Shown here: positions 36,851 to 45,941 of the stretch, in pieces
Layout of the letters: the number at the start of each line of letters is the position of its first letter
Position numbering within the stretch: position 1 is the first letter of the stretch
Origin: Syntrophaceae bacterium UBA7520
GTDB lineage: Bacteria; Desulfobacterota; Syntrophia; Syntrophales; Smithellaceae
DNA length: 64,000 nt
Direction: 5' to 3'
NCBI GenBank assembly: GCA_002478265.1
Contig: DLNC01000012.1
Span: 114,074 to 178,073 of the forward strand
Program-made: the position numbers and the translations under genes
The notes under the pieces: generated by a model
What the model saw: only the letters and a program-made list of their open reading frames with translations
What the model was told of the DNA's origin: nothing
Databases searched by the model: none

Positions 36851-37561
36851 CTATAATCCGAGAAACTGTATTGCCGCCCCGCAAAGAAATATCGCCATGC
36901 CGGCCAGCGCATGCGTGTAACGTTCCAGCCTGGCTGCGGGAACCAGGTTTAAACCGGCCACGGAACCAAGCACAACAACAAGCATTGTGCCGATTGTCGC
37001 GGCGCTGAAAACCAGGCTGACCGCAACCACATGGAACATATTCCCCTGCGCGGCGGGATACATAAGGATAGGAATCAACGGCTCACAAGGCCCCAAAACA
37101 AAAATGACGAATAAAACCCAAGGGGTGATACTGCGCGCGCTTTCCTCATGGACATGAACGTGCTCTTGCGCATGCACATGCTTATGCTCATGCATTGTGC
37201 CGTCGCTATGCGGATGCCGGTGTGTATGCGGCTGATTGCGATAAGCACGGCGCATCCCCCAGATAAAATATATAAGACCAAAGGCGATCAGCGCCCAGCC
37301 GGCAATACTGCCGCGCATGGATTCCAGCGGTTCCAACTGCGCGATAGCTAAACCAAAAGCAATGCCGACAAAACCAAGAATTATGGAACTGACGACGTGA
37401 CCCAAGCCGCACAAAACAGTGATCCATGATGTTTTCCAGAATGACCATTTCCGGGCTTTGGCCATGACAATAAAAGGCACATAATGATCCGGACCGAACA
37501 GTGTGTGAAAAAAACCGATGGAGACGGCGGTAATTAAAAGAATTCCCAGTTCGTTGGTCAC
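36851..37561 (-). CDS. putative nickel/cobalt transporter (HupE/UreJ- or NicO/RcnA-like) with His-rich loop
   Basis: 236 aa with 6 TM helices. FFHTLFGPDHYVPF motif and central loop HTHRHPHSDGTMHEHKHVHAQEHVHVHEE. The GTG start overlaps the hypB stop (GTGA). Confidence 0.6.
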   Translation of the reverse strand: MTNELGILLITAVSIGFFHTLFGPDHYVPFIVMAKARKWSFWKTSWITVLCGLGHVVSSIILGFVGIAFGLAIAQLEPLESMRGSIAGWALIAFGLIYFIWGMRRAYRNQPHTHRHPHSDGTMHEHKHVHAQEHVHVHEESARSITPWVLFVIFVLGPCEPLIPILMYPAAQGNMFHVVAVSLVFSAATIGTMLVVVLGSVAGLNLVPAARLERYTHALAGMAIFLCGAAIQFLGL

Positions 37562-38226
37562 TTCTTAAAATCCTCAATTTCTTTTTTCAGCCAGTCAATC
37601 CAGTCGTCGATTCCCGCGCCAGTTTTGCAGGAAATTTCCAGAATGACTATCTTCGGGTTCAAAACCAGAACTCTTTTGCGCAAGGCATTGATGTCAAAAT
37701 CACTCAGCGCCAAGTAATCAGTTTTATTGATCAGCAGCAAATCACAGACAGAAAACATCAATGGATATTTAAGTGGCTTGTCGTCCCCTTCCGGAACGCT
37801 TAAGATCATGACATTCTTGTGCGCGCCGGTGTCAAATTCCGCGGGGCATACCAGATTGCCGACATTTTCGATGATGATCAAATCGAAATTTTTTTCCGTC
37901 AAAGCGTCTAGGCCCTGTCTGACCATGGTCGCGTCCAAATGACAAAACCCCCCTGTTTTCAGCTGCACCGCCGGCGCGCCGGCAGCCACAACCTTTTCCG
38001 CGTCAACGGTGGAATCGATATCCGCCTCAATTACGCCAAGATTAAAACTCCCCTTGAGACCATCCATAGTGCGAAGAATCAGGCTGGTTTTACCCGAACC
38101 CGGAGAAGACATCAGATTCAGCAGCATTGTTTTTTTCCCGTGCAGCTCTCCGCGAATGGTTTCGGCTTGCTTCGCATTGTCAGCCATTATTTCTTCTTTC
38201 ACTTCAATTAATTTGACACCCGCCAT
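37558..38226 (-). CDS. hypB: hydrogenase/urease-type nickel-insertion GTPase HypB
   Basis: Start moved to ATG 38226 (ATGA overlap with the hypA stop). SSPGSGKTS P-loop, ENVGNLVCPAEFD and NKTD motifs. Confidence 0.9.
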   Translation of the reverse strand: MAGVKLIEVKEEIMADNAKQAETIRGELHGKKTMLLNLMSSPGSGKTSLILRTMDGLKGSFNLGVIEADIDSTVDAEKVVAAGAPAVQLKTGGFCHLDATMVRQGLDALTEKNFDLIIIENVGNLVCPAEFDTGAHKNVMILSVPEGDDKPLKYPLMFSVCDLLLINKTDYLALSDFDINALRKRVLVLNPKIVILEISCKTGAGIDDWIDWLKKEIEDFKK

Positions 38227-38576
38227 CACTGCACCTCCATGGACTTTATATAATACTCCCTGCCGGAAACAAGCGTGCCGCTTTCCGCCCCGCAAGAAGG
38301 ACAAACAAGATTCCCAATTTTATCCACTTGGGTCTCGTAAGAGGTCGAGCACGCGTCGCAACGCACCACAATAGGCATCCTTTCGATCTCTAGCTTTGCC
38401 CCTTCGGCAATTGTGCCTTTGCTTAAATAATCAAAATACCGCTGCAGCCATTCGTCTTCCAGGTCGCTTAGCCTGCCGATCTGCAGATGAACAGCCATAA
38501 CCTTGCTCGCTTTATTCATCACAGCATGTTTCAAAACAATATTTAAAATGCTTTCCGTTATCGGCATTTCATGCAT
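38226..38576 (-). CDS. hypA: nickel metallochaperone HypA
   Basis: 116 aa. MHE N-terminal Ni site, with CDAC...CPSC zinc-site motifs. Confidence 0.9.
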   Translation of the reverse strand: MHEMPITESILNIVLKHAVMNKASKVMAVHLQIGRLSDLEDEWLQRYFDYLSKGTIAEGAKLEIERMPIVVRCDACSTSYETQVDKIGNLVCPSCGAESGTLVSGREYYIKSMEVQ

Positions 38577-38677
38577 CGGAAACTTACTTCCTCAAAATTG
38601 AATAATGCTTTTTGATTTTAATTCTTACCGGCGGCATAATGTTATCATTTGTGAGCGCAAAAATCTATATTGCGACA

Positions 38678-40912
38678 TTAAACCGCCTCCACGCGGCAGG
38701 GGACATAGCGGTGCAAGGGCGTCCCGAACTGGTCCCGATGCGTGTTTTTTGTCAGACGATTTACATTAGCGCCGTATTTTACACCATTGTAAACCAAACC
38801 GAAGCCGTGCGGAATAACCACATGGCCGGGGCGCGCCGTGTCGGTGATTTCCAGTTCAATCTCTTCGCTGCCTGCTTCCGTAGTCACTTTCACTTGCTGA
38901 CCGTCCTTTAAATTTAAAGCGGCGGCATCATCAGGATGCATGGCCAGGGTGCAGGCGCGTTTGCCTTCGTTCCAGGCGGGATCGCGCATATTGGTATTCG
39001 CGTTCATGGAACTGTGTCTGCCGGCCATGAGAATCAGCGGAAATTCAGAAGACATAGTCAGTGCCTCCTCTTCGTTTGCCACATCCAATTTTTTTAGTTC
39101 GCCGATAAGCTCCGGGATATAGAGATTTATTTTTCCATCACCGGTTTTCAATTCGGTGAAATTGTTTTCCGGATCGAGTTTTCCCACCCAGACACCTTCG
39201 GGATGGTCTAGAATTTGCTGGAATATTTCTTCGCCAAGCACAGGGCCCGGCTTGAAACCAACTCTTACGGCGTTTTCCTGAAAAGATTTTGGAGCTACCT
39301 GCAATATTCCCCAAAGCGCCGCCAGATGCACCGATCCCAACGCTTTCCCGAGCGTCTTTCCCAGAATAAACGGCATATTGCTTAACGCTTTCGGTTCGGT
39401 CACGGCATATTCCATCAACGCCTGGGCAAAAACAAGACGATCTTTAAATGCTGCCTGATAAAGTTTATCGGGAATCGGCGGGATTAAACCTATCTTATCG
39501 GCAATTCTCAGATGTATTTCGCCCAGTTCCAGCGGCTCTCCTTCCGCCTCGAGAATTGGCCGGCGCATTTGAAAGTAGATGCCCGGATAGGTCAAGGGGA
39601 AGAATGTGCTGTCCCAGGATTCATAGCCGGAACGAGACGGCAAAACGTAATGAGAAAGAGCGGCTGTTTCCGTCATGGCTATTTCCGCGGTAACAAGCAG
39701 GTCAAGGCGGCTAAAAGCTTTTTCGTAAGCGGTCGTGTCAGCATAGGAACGCAGGGGGTTGCTCCCTGAAACGATAACGGCGCGCAGTCTTTCGGGGTGA
39801 TCGGAAAGGATTTCTTCCGGCATAACGTTCGGAGGAAAAACACCGCAAACGGGGAAAGAGTTCGTCTGCCGCGTGCGCCATATTTTCGGGTCTCTCTCGT
39901 CGGTATTTGACCCGATCGGCATCAAATGACCGTGAATGACATTGCCGCCAGGCACGCAGAGCCTCCCGCAAATCGCCTGCAAAATCACAATCAGATAAGA
40001 ATTAAGTGCGCTATGGCGCCCCATGAAAATGCCCAGGTCATAGCGCAGCGATGATTTGCGCGTGGCAAACAAACGGGTTACTTCCCGCACCCGGTCATAA
40101 TCAAGTTCACAGGTTTTTATCGCGGCGCGCGCGTCAAAATTTGTAAAATAAGACTTTACCTGATCAAAACCTGATGTATGCCCGGCAAGATAACCTTTAT
40201 TATCCAAGCCTTCCCGCAGAATAATGGAAATCATCGCTTTAAGCAGCAGGGCATCCGTTCCGGGACGAACCGGCAGATGGATGTCGGCAATCTTTGCTGT
40301 TTCGGAAAGACGTGGATCGACCACAATTAATTTTTTGTCCGGATCTTTGGAAAGACGCTGTAGCTGGCGCGGTGCCTGCGGAATCTGATGGCTCTGCATG
40401 CCATTCCATCCGATTATCAACAGTACATCCGTGTTGGCAACATCAGGCTGATCGTGAAGATACTGACGCCCGTGCGTGCGCCCGCACACCCAGAAAGCGC
40501 CGGCGAATTCCTGCGCCAAGGCGCCGTAATGATATTGAGAGCCCAGCCCCCTCATGAGACGTATACCGAAAGCCGCTTCAAAATGACAACCTTGCGTACT
40601 GGCTCCCATGTACGCAAAAGAACGTGGCCCGTACTGCTCCACTATGCTTTTTAATTTAGCGGCTATTTCATCAATGGCCTGCTCCCAGGAAATGCGTTCA
40701 AATTTATCTCCCACCTTTTTCAGCGGATACTTCAGCCGATCGGCGTTATGCTGATGATAGGCAATGTTCACGCCTTTGCGGCAGACATAGCCTTCGCTTT
40801 TGACGTTGGCTTTATCTCCCTTAACTTTGATAATGCGGTTATTCTCCACCTCGATTTCCAGACCGCAGTTCTGCGCGCAAAGAACGCAGCCGGTTTTATG
40901 CCATTGCCCCAT
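38678..40912 (-). CDS. cytoplasmic molybdopterin (Mo/W-bisPGD) oxidoreductase catalytic subunit
   Basis: 744 aa. N-terminal CVLCAQNCGLEI...C 4Fe-4S motif and MopB-type domains. No twin-arginine signal and no in-frame TGA. GGGAGG RBS. Confidence 0.85.
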   Translation of the reverse strand: MGQWHKTGCVLCAQNCGLEIEVENNRIIKVKGDKANVKSEGYVCRKGVNIAYHQHNADRLKYPLKKVGDKFERISWEQAIDEIAAKLKSIVEQYGPRSFAYMGASTQGCHFEAAFGIRLMRGLGSQYHYGALAQEFAGAFWVCGRTHGRQYLHDQPDVANTDVLLIIGWNGMQSHQIPQAPRQLQRLSKDPDKKLIVVDPRLSETAKIADIHLPVRPGTDALLLKAMISIILREGLDNKGYLAGHTSGFDQVKSYFTNFDARAAIKTCELDYDRVREVTRLFATRKSSLRYDLGIFMGRHSALNSYLIVILQAICGRLCVPGGNVIHGHLMPIGSNTDERDPKIWRTRQTNSFPVCGVFPPNVMPEEILSDHPERLRAVIVSGSNPLRSYADTTAYEKAFSRLDLLVTAEIAMTETAALSHYVLPSRSGYESWDSTFFPLTYPGIYFQMRRPILEAEGEPLELGEIHLRIADKIGLIPPIPDKLYQAAFKDRLVFAQALMEYAVTEPKALSNMPFILGKTLGKALGSVHLAALWGILQVAPKSFQENAVRVGFKPGPVLGEEIFQQILDHPEGVWVGKLDPENNFTELKTGDGKINLYIPELIGELKKLDVANEEEALTMSSEFPLILMAGRHSSMNANTNMRDPAWNEGKRACTLAMHPDDAAALNLKDGQQVKVTTEAGSEEIELEITDTARPGHVVIPHGFGLVYNGVKYGANVNRLTKNTHRDQFGTPLHRYVPCRVEAV

Positions 40913-40937
40913 ATCGTATACCTCCCTTATTTCAAAA

Positions 40938-41531
40938 CTAATCTCGCCTTATTTGAAGGATGCGCTCAAAAACCATTTTTTTGAAAACAGTCAACGGCCT
41001 TGTGTCTTTGACCAGTTTCATGTGCATAATCGCTCCTTCCCACGCGTCGATAATAAATTGCGCTGTCTGCAGCGTGTCCATATCGGCGTTGATGTCTCCT
41101 CTGCTGCGGGCTTCCTCCAGCAACTGCCGTATGCCTTTTTGCATTTCAAAATAAACTTCACGTATCTTTTCCCGGAAGGTCGCGTTCTGGTCACTCATTT
41201 CCTGCATGAGGTTGCCGATAGGGCAACCGCGGCACAAATCCATTTTCGTGAACAGATCAGTGTAAGCGTCAAAAAAACGCGAAAGCTTTTCCACGGGGGG
41301 CAAGCCGTCTGTTGTCAAATATTTGTCCGCCATAGCCCGGCTGAAGTCGCGAAAATAGTCAATGACCGCGAGCCCGAAGTCTTCCTTGCTTTTGAAATAA
41401 AAATAAAAAGAACCTTTCGGTACGCCCGCCGCGTCCAACACCTGCTTAATACCGGTGGCATTGAAGCCCTGGGCGTGAATAAGCGCGGCTCCCCTACGGA
41501 TGATTTCTTCGCGCGTGCTGTTTTGCGCCAT
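40938..41531 (-). CDS. TetR/AcrR family transcriptional regulator
   Basis: Start moved to ATG 41531 (MAQNSTREEIIRRGAALIHAQGFNATGIKQVLDAAGVPKGSFYFYF), preceded by AAGGAG. Confidence 0.85.
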   Translation of the reverse strand: MAQNSTREEIIRRGAALIHAQGFNATGIKQVLDAAGVPKGSFYFYFKSKEDFGLAVIDYFRDFSRAMADKYLTTDGLPPVEKLSRFFDAYTDLFTKMDLCRGCPIGNLMQEMSDQNATFREKIREVYFEMQKGIRQLLEEARSRGDINADMDTLQTAQFIIDAWEGAIMHMKLVKDTRPLTVFKKMVFERILQIRRD

Positions 41532-41554
41532 TCTATATCTCCTTGATGGAAATA

Positions 41555-42637
41555 TTAATCCTGCATGACTTTCAAAAAAGCTTCCAGCCTGCCTTTTTCC
41601 TGCAGAATTTTCGTGCCCATTTCTGAAACAGTTGCCGGAGTGCAAGGCAACTGTTTTCTCTCCTCAAGAACAATGGCAGCGGTGGGACATCCGGTAACGC
41701 AAAGCCCGCAGCCGATGCATTCCTCGGCGTTGACCACCGCCACATCATCGACCATCACTATGGCCTTCATGGGGCAACGCTCATCGGCGCAAATACCGCA
41801 GCCCGTGCATTCATCGGCATTTACGAAAGCTTCAAAGCGGCTCGGCTCAAAAGCGTGCGGGTGTTTAAGCTGAGTTCTCCCGCGCAGCACAGTGCAGCAG
41901 CACGGACAGCAGTTGCAAATAAGATTAGCCCGGTCCGCGCTGTTGTTGCTGGTGTGCACTAGTCCCGCTTCTTCAGCCGTATCCAGTACTTTAAAACCCT
42001 CTTCCTTGCTTATCCGGCGGGCAAAACCGTATTCAACCAGAAATTGCGCGGCCGCGTCAAAAATCAGGCACACTTCTTTCGGTTTATCGCAGGCGGCAAC
42101 GCTTATCCGGCAGGCGCAATTGGTCAGCGCGATAAAAGAGGCGTTATTGATGAAATTTTTGACTTCTTCATAAGGATGAATGCGGTCGCGCACGGCAATG
42201 GATTTATCCACGGCCACGACGCGCATCAGTGGCGTCGGATTTCCCGCGAAGGAAGCGCCGAGCGCTTCATGATGATACTCTTCCCAGAGTTTACCCAGTC
42301 GCTCATGCATGGGCGTGCCGCCGCCTTTCATGAATGGAAATTCAAAAACACCAGGAATGAGCGGCACGAGAGCGTAACTTTTTTCTCCATCCTTTACCCG
42401 TGCCGCGATAATCCCTTTTTTTGCCATCGTTTCCAGACGCTGCAGAGCTTCGCCTTCGGAGATTCCCGTTTTTTGCGCGATAACGGCAGGCGTTTTCATT
42501 TTATAACTCATCTGTACAGCCACAGCCGCTTCCTGCGGCGTGAAAAGCATTTTGAGTATTTCGTTGATGGCTTTCGCCTTTGGCGCGGTGGTGGGATGCG
42601 CGTCCAGTATCTCTCTCAATCGTTCATAAATATCCAT
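41555..42637 (-). CDS. Cys-rich Fe-S protein, paralogue 2
   Basis: Start at ATG 42637 after GAGGAGGG. Motifs CACRISVAACDKPKEVC, CNCCPCCC, CTGCGICADERC and CIGCGLCVTGC. N-terminal wHTH-like segment. Confidence 0.7.
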   Translation of the reverse strand: MDIYERLREILDAHPTTAPKAKAINEILKMLFTPQEAAVAVQMSYKMKTPAVIAQKTGISEGEALQRLETMAKKGIIAARVKDGEKSYALVPLIPGVFEFPFMKGGGTPMHERLGKLWEEYHHEALGASFAGNPTPLMRVVAVDKSIAVRDRIHPYEEVKNFINNASFIALTNCACRISVAACDKPKEVCLIFDAAAQFLVEYGFARRISKEEGFKVLDTAEEAGLVHTSNNSADRANLICNCCPCCCTVLRGRTQLKHPHAFEPSRFEAFVNADECTGCGICADERCPMKAIVMVDDVAVVNAEECIGCGLCVTGCPTAAIVLEERKQLPCTPATVSEMGTKILQEKGRLEAFLKVMQD

Positions 42638-42765
42638 AACTTCCCTCCTCAACTTTGTCTGGAAACACCGTAATAGACCGGTCGTCTACTAGTCAAGCAA
42701 TATTTGGGGCGCTTTCGTAAATCATTATTTTATTTATGTTATTAATTTAACGCCTCTTATTATTC

Positions 42766-42806
42766 TTGACACAAAAAAATAAATTTCTGATACTCATTGT
42801 CAGAAA
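42766..42806 (+). promoter_or_regulatory. sigma-70 promoter with overlapping inverted repeat (candidate TetR-type operator)
   Basis: TTGACA (42766-71), a 17-nt spacer, then GATACT (42789-94). TTTCTGA-N9-TCAGAAA (42784-42806) overlaps the -10 box. Confidence 0.5.
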
Positions 42807-42824
42807 AAACAGGAGGTCGTAAGA

Positions 42825-43817
42825 ATGACGGATATCAATTTGTGCCGGCAATTGGCTGAAGGAATCGGCGCGGGAGAATCCGCACTTATACCAAAAATAT
42901 TTGAAGCGTTAATAAATGATGACGAAGCAAAAGTCTTGCTGGCGGCATCGCCTCCGGCAACGGTAAGCGAGCTGGCGCAAAAAACAGGATTTTCCGAAGA
43001 GACAATCAGAAAAATGATGGAGTCCTTATTCAACAGGGGGCTAATTTTCAAAGCGCGGAAAGGTGACGAGCTGAAATTCTATCGCGTGAAAAGCGTACCC
43101 CAGATGCATGATTCCACCAGCCTCACGCCCGGCTTGTCCCGAAAAGTGCTGGATTTGTGGAAAATGTACATGCAGAAGGAGTGGCCCACCTACGGTCAGG
43201 CGATAACCAACTTCCTTCCCGGTTCCGTCATGCGCGTTGTTCCCGTGAATGAACGCATCGATCCGCAATCGCGCATTCTCGCCTATGACGACGTTCTGAA
43301 AATTATTGAAGGTGCAAAAACGCTTTCCGTCACCAAATGTTCCTGCCGGGTCATTGACGGCTCCTGCGGCAAGCCCTTGGAGGTTTGCATGCAGGTTGAT
43401 CGCGCGGCAGAATATAACATCGAAAGAGGAACAGGCCGCGCTTTGTCCAAAAGCGAAGCGATGAAGATCATTCAGCTATGCGAAGAAGAGGGGCTTGTCC
43501 ACGTGGTTGATAACCGTCAGACCGTGGGACATGTTATCTGCAACTGCTGTAAGGATTGCTGCCTGAACTGGCCGATAATGAACGGCCCGAAAAAATGGGT
43601 CGCGCCTAGCCGGTTTGAAGCGGTGGTCGATCCTGACTTATGCACGGGCTGTGAGACCTGCCTGGACAGATGCTTTTTCGACGCGATTGTGATGGAAAAT
43701 GACCTGGCTGTTATTAAGGCGGAAAACTGCCTCGGCTGCGGAGCCTGCACCGTCACGTGCCCCACCGAAGCAATAAAACTTAAGGAAGTCCGGCCGGCCG
43801 ATTTTGTTCCGGTTTAG
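42825..43817 (+). CDS. Cys-rich Fe-S protein, paralogue 3 (divergently transcribed)
   Basis: 330 aa, AGGAGG RBS. Motifs CSCRVIDGSCGKPLEVC, CNCCKDCC, CTGCETCLDRC and CLGCGACTVTC. Confidence 0.7.
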   Translation: MTDINLCRQLAEGIGAGESALIPKIFEALINDDEAKVLLAASPPATVSELAQKTGFSEETIRKMMESLFNRGLIFKARKGDELKFYRVKSVPQMHDSTSLTPGLSRKVLDLWKMYMQKEWPTYGQAITNFLPGSVMRVVPVNERIDPQSRILAYDDVLKIIEGAKTLSVTKCSCRVIDGSCGKPLEVCMQVDRAAEYNIERGTGRALSKSEAMKIIQLCEEEGLVHVVDNRQTVGHVICNCCKDCCLNWPIMNGPKKWVAPSRFEAVVDPDLCTGCETCLDRCFFDAIVMENDLAVIKAENCLGCGACTVTCPTEAIKLKEVRPADFVPV

Positions 43818-43878
43818 TTAAATACATTAAGCAAACAATATCAGAGGATTTTTTTACAGAATAATATTTGCGCATAAA

Positions 43879-44685
43879 ATGATTGATTTCCATGTTCACT
43901 TGTTTCCCGACAATATGTTTGATGCCCTCTGGAAAACTTTTTACAAGTTATACGGCATTACCATTTTATACAAATATTATTACCGGCAATGCATAGAATA
44001 CCTGCAGGCTCATAACGTCCATCATATTGTCTATTCAAATTATGCCCACAAGAAAGGCATAGCGCAATGGCTTAACTTCTGGAACAGGCAAATTCTTGAT
44101 GAATTTGACAACCTCTATTGTTTTGCCGCCTATCATCCCGATGACGAAAACTCGCTTGTCCACGCGGAAGAAATTATATCCCACCAAAAGATTCTCGGAA
44201 TAAAGATTCATTGCCTGGTACAGGAAATTGCGCCGGATGACGAGAGGCTTTTCCCGCTATACGAAATGTTGATGGACAAGAAAAAACGTCTGCTGATGCA
44301 TGCGGGAACCGGCCCCGTCGGCAATGAGTTTGTCGGCATTAAACGCTTCAGGTCACTAATGGATCGCTACCCGAACCTCCCTGTTAACATCGCTCACCTC
44401 GGCGGCCTGGAATATGCGGAATTTATCCGCCTTCTGGATGAATACCCCAATCTCTATATGGATACGGCTTTTTGCTTTTGGCCTCAGACGCCCTGGTGTT
44501 ACAACCTGGATATTAATATTCTGGAGAGATACAAAGACAGAATTATCTACGGATCGGATTTTCCGAATATTTTTTTGCCCCGCGAAGATGAGATCAACTA
44601 TCTGCGCGAGCTGAATCTCTCGGATGATTTTTATAATAAAGTTTTCCGGGAAAACGGAATAAAACTTCTGGCCGGTTCATTCTGA
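43879..44685 (+). CDS. amidohydrolase-2 type metal-dependent TIM-barrel hydrolase
   Basis: 268 aa. MIDFHVHLFP metal-binding start, later HAG..., and an IIYGSDFP motif. Confidence 0.75.
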   Translation: MIDFHVHLFPDNMFDALWKTFYKLYGITILYKYYYRQCIEYLQAHNVHHIVYSNYAHKKGIAQWLNFWNRQILDEFDNLYCFAAYHPDDENSLVHAEEIISHQKILGIKIHCLVQEIAPDDERLFPLYEMLMDKKKRLLMHAGTGPVGNEFVGIKRFRSLMDRYPNLPVNIAHLGGLEYAEFIRLLDEYPNLYMDTAFCFWPQTPWCYNLDINILERYKDRIIYGSDFPNIFLPREDEINYLRELNLSDDFYNKVFRENGIKLLAGSF

Positions 44686-44785
44686 GCCGTAGCGTTGAAT
44701 ACGACGGCCATACCTGAAAAAGCAGACGGAGAGCACGCTGAAGCGATCAGTAATTTCATTGGAAACCGTCTTATCACTGCCTTAC

Positions 44786-45778
44786 TTAATGAGCAGGCAA
44801 AAGATGCTTCCTTAAAAATTCAGCTTCCAGCCTAACCGTTTTTTCAAAGATATCTCCCACATAAATATCAAAATGTTTGATGGGTAGGCCGATTACTGTT
44901 GCCTGGGGAATTTTTTTTGCTGTTTTTTTTACATCTTTAGCCGGTATGAGGGTGTCTTGCTGGGCATATATGATCAGGACGGGGCAAGATACGTCCGGGG
45001 CATGTTTAATGGGCCGATAAAAAAACGCGGTCAGGGCGATGTTCGCGGGACATTTTCTATCGGAAGAGACACCCGGAGGCCTGCTTTTTTTCCAGCCTTC
45101 GAGTGCGTCGGGGGTGTTGAGCATGCCAAAAGTATCAGGCGCGGCTACTATGGGCACATAATGCCGCTTGTTAAATAAAGCCGCGCTTATTGTGTCACGC
45201 AGGCCATGATACAGAGCCTGAAGCTTATAGCCAACGCTCCTGCCGGATGACCGCCCATCCACGAAAGGAACCTGGGCGACAATAGCGGCTATTTCCGGAT
45301 CACGGGAAGCCGTGACAATCACATGACCACCGCTGAAAGATGTCCCCCAAAGCGCGATACGTTTGTTATCCACTGAATCAAGCGACCGCGCAAAGGCTAT
45401 GGCGGATTGCCAATCCTCCAGATGCCTCCTGGGGTTTACGTAATTGCGCGGCTCTCCTTCGCTGTCGCCGAAACCCCGATAGTCAAAGACGAGACAGGCC
45501 AGTCCCTCACTGACAAAACGCTTTGCATATTCATCCAGAAGGAATGTTTTTTCCGCGCCAAAACCATGAGCCATAATGACAAGCGGCGGCCTGGAAACGG
45601 TCTTGGGCAAATAAAGCCACGCCGCGCAGTTTTCACCACGACTTTTAAATACAGTGTCGATTCTGGTAAACGTCTGGAAATGTTTTTTCTGTTGCAGATT
45701 GTTCTGTTCGCCGCCATGTATAGGCTGAGCCGCCAGTACAACAATTAAAATAATGCCAAAGAGTTTTGCTTTATTCAT
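44786..45778 (-). CDS. secreted alpha/beta hydrolase
   Basis: 330 aa. Signal peptide, HGFG oxyanion motif, and GTSFSGG nucleophile elbow. Confidence 0.8.
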   Translation of the reverse strand: MNKAKLFGIILIVVLAAQPIHGGEQNNLQQKKHFQTFTRIDTVFKSRGENCAAWLYLPKTVSRPPLVIMAHGFGAEKTFLLDEYAKRFVSEGLACLVFDYRGFGDSEGEPRNYVNPRRHLEDWQSAIAFARSLDSVDNKRIALWGTSFSGGHVIVTASRDPEIAAIVAQVPFVDGRSSGRSVGYKLQALYHGLRDTISAALFNKRHYVPIVAAPDTFGMLNTPDALEGWKKSRPPGVSSDRKCPANIALTAFFYRPIKHAPDVSCPVLIIYAQQDTLIPAKDVKKTAKKIPQATVIGLPIKHFDIYVGDIFEKTVRLEAEFLRKHLLPAH

Positions 45779-45941
45779 GAATCTGCTCCTTTTATTCCCC
45801 GTCGATTATATCTTGAGTCACCTATATGCGATTCTGCAAAAGCGTGGTTTAAATAAAAACATCCACGGAAAGGCGTAACACCGAACTTACAAAAACATCA
45901 ATAATCTTTCTGGCTAGCGGCACTCCTGGTAGAAAGTTATT

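Noticed and set aside
38678-40912. Selenocysteine-containing formate dehydrogenase
   Set aside because: There is no in-frame TGA and no SECIS-like hairpin. The ORF is uninterrupted. The substrate class cannot be assigned from sequence motifs alone.
42673-42687. TAGACCGGTCGTCTA as a TetR operator in the divergent intergenic region
   Set aside because: Only the outer 5 bp are complementary. The TTTCTGA-N9-TCAGAAA dyad overlapping the -10 box at 42784-42806 is a better candidate.
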